A DNA stretch of 64,000 bases from Cystobasidiomycetes sp. EMM_F5 (Eukaryota): the NCBI GenBank assembly GCA_051047955.1, contig JBPGPT010000002.1, positions 310,001 to 374,000 on the forward strand. The letters are read 5' to 3'. Made by a program: the position numbers and the translations under genes. The first letter of the stretch is position 1; every line of letters begins with the position of its first letter. Below, piece by piece: positions 63,463 through 64,000 of the stretch. The notes under the pieces were generated by a model, which saw only the letters and a program-made list of their open reading frames with translations, made no database searches and was not told the DNA's origin.

Positions 63463-64000
63463 ATGGCACTTCATCAGCGAAATCCAAATCCCAATAAAGT
63501 CGTAAAGACCCTGCGGAAAGCATACAATGCAGTCGGCTTCAACAAGGGCTACAATGCTATTTTAGCATTCATCTTTGGCGGAGCATGGTTCGGCTTCATC
63601 CTCGCTCGAGCTCAATACCTAAATGTCAATGGAGAAGCCAAATCATCCTACCGCAGCGGATCCGCTCCAGGCGAGTGGTACTGGTTCCGACAGGGCTACT
63701 ACAACATGGCCATACAGCTACACCTCTACACTGTCATTCCTTGCGGTCTTCTAGCCCTCGTGCAATTCGTACCCTACATCCGGCGGCGCTTTACAATTAT
63801 CCACCGCATCAACGGATACATTGTTTTGCTTCTCCTCCTTCTAGTCAACATCAGCGCACTCATGCTGGCGCGACGGGCATTTGGAGGAAGCCTAGCGACC
63901 CAGACTTTTGTCGGAATACTCGCAATCCTGACCACCGGAGGATCCCTTCTCGCATGGCTCAACATTCGCCGTCTGCAGATTGATCAACACCGAGCTTGGA
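63463..64000 (+). CDS. DUF2306-like membrane protein, partial (runs off the window)
   Basis: Not in the ORF track. MALHQRNP...GFNKGYNAIL...PGEWYWF...LHLYTVIPCGLLALVQFVPYIRRR...HRINGY...RRAFGG...NIRRLQIDQHRAW. Confidence 0.8.
   Translation, partial: MALHQRNPNPNKVVKTLRKAYNAVGFNKGYNAILAFIFGGAWFGFILARAQYLNVNGEAKSSYRSGSAPGEWYWFRQGYYNMAIQLHLYTVIPCGLLALVQFVPYIRRRFTIIHRINGYIVLLLLLLVNISALMLARRAFGGSLATQTFVGILAILTTGGSLLAWLNIRRLQIDQHRAW

Overview
Gene-dense, intron-rich eukaryotic DNA with mostly ~50-100 nt GT-AG introns. It is very likely a basidiomycete fungus (possibly a Pucciniomycotina yeast); this is inferred from gene families and splice signals. I reconstructed about 26 protein-coding genes by hand-splicing. 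They include VPS37-like (partial), SAM50, mitochondrial uS8, an M28 peptidase, glycogen synthase, an RRM protein, a GPI-anchored Ser/Ala-rich protein, 2-3 small orphan ORFs, ACC1, a PAM2/CUE/CCCH/Smr protein, three tandem DUF6533-like 7-TM genes, a Pro/Gln-rich protein, a cytochrome-b5/acyl-CoA dehydrogenase fusion, two PPR(-like) proteins, ERV29, DNAJC11, GRX5, two tandem BTB-like genes, RPL4, a MATE transporter and a partial DUF2306-like gene. I found no transposon, CRISPR array, rRNA or convincing tRNA. The most unusual signals are non-coding. (1) A 305-nt glycogen synthase intron has a perfect TACTAAC branch point ~237 nt from the acceptor, separated by an AG-free pyrimidine tract. (2) An intergenic multi-hairpin element near 15.6-15.75 kb has H/ACA-like layout and complementarity to 5.8S rRNA. 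(3) The first intron of ACC1 is strongly base-paired. All family assignments come from motif recognition, not database searches, and exon boundaries are manual predictions.
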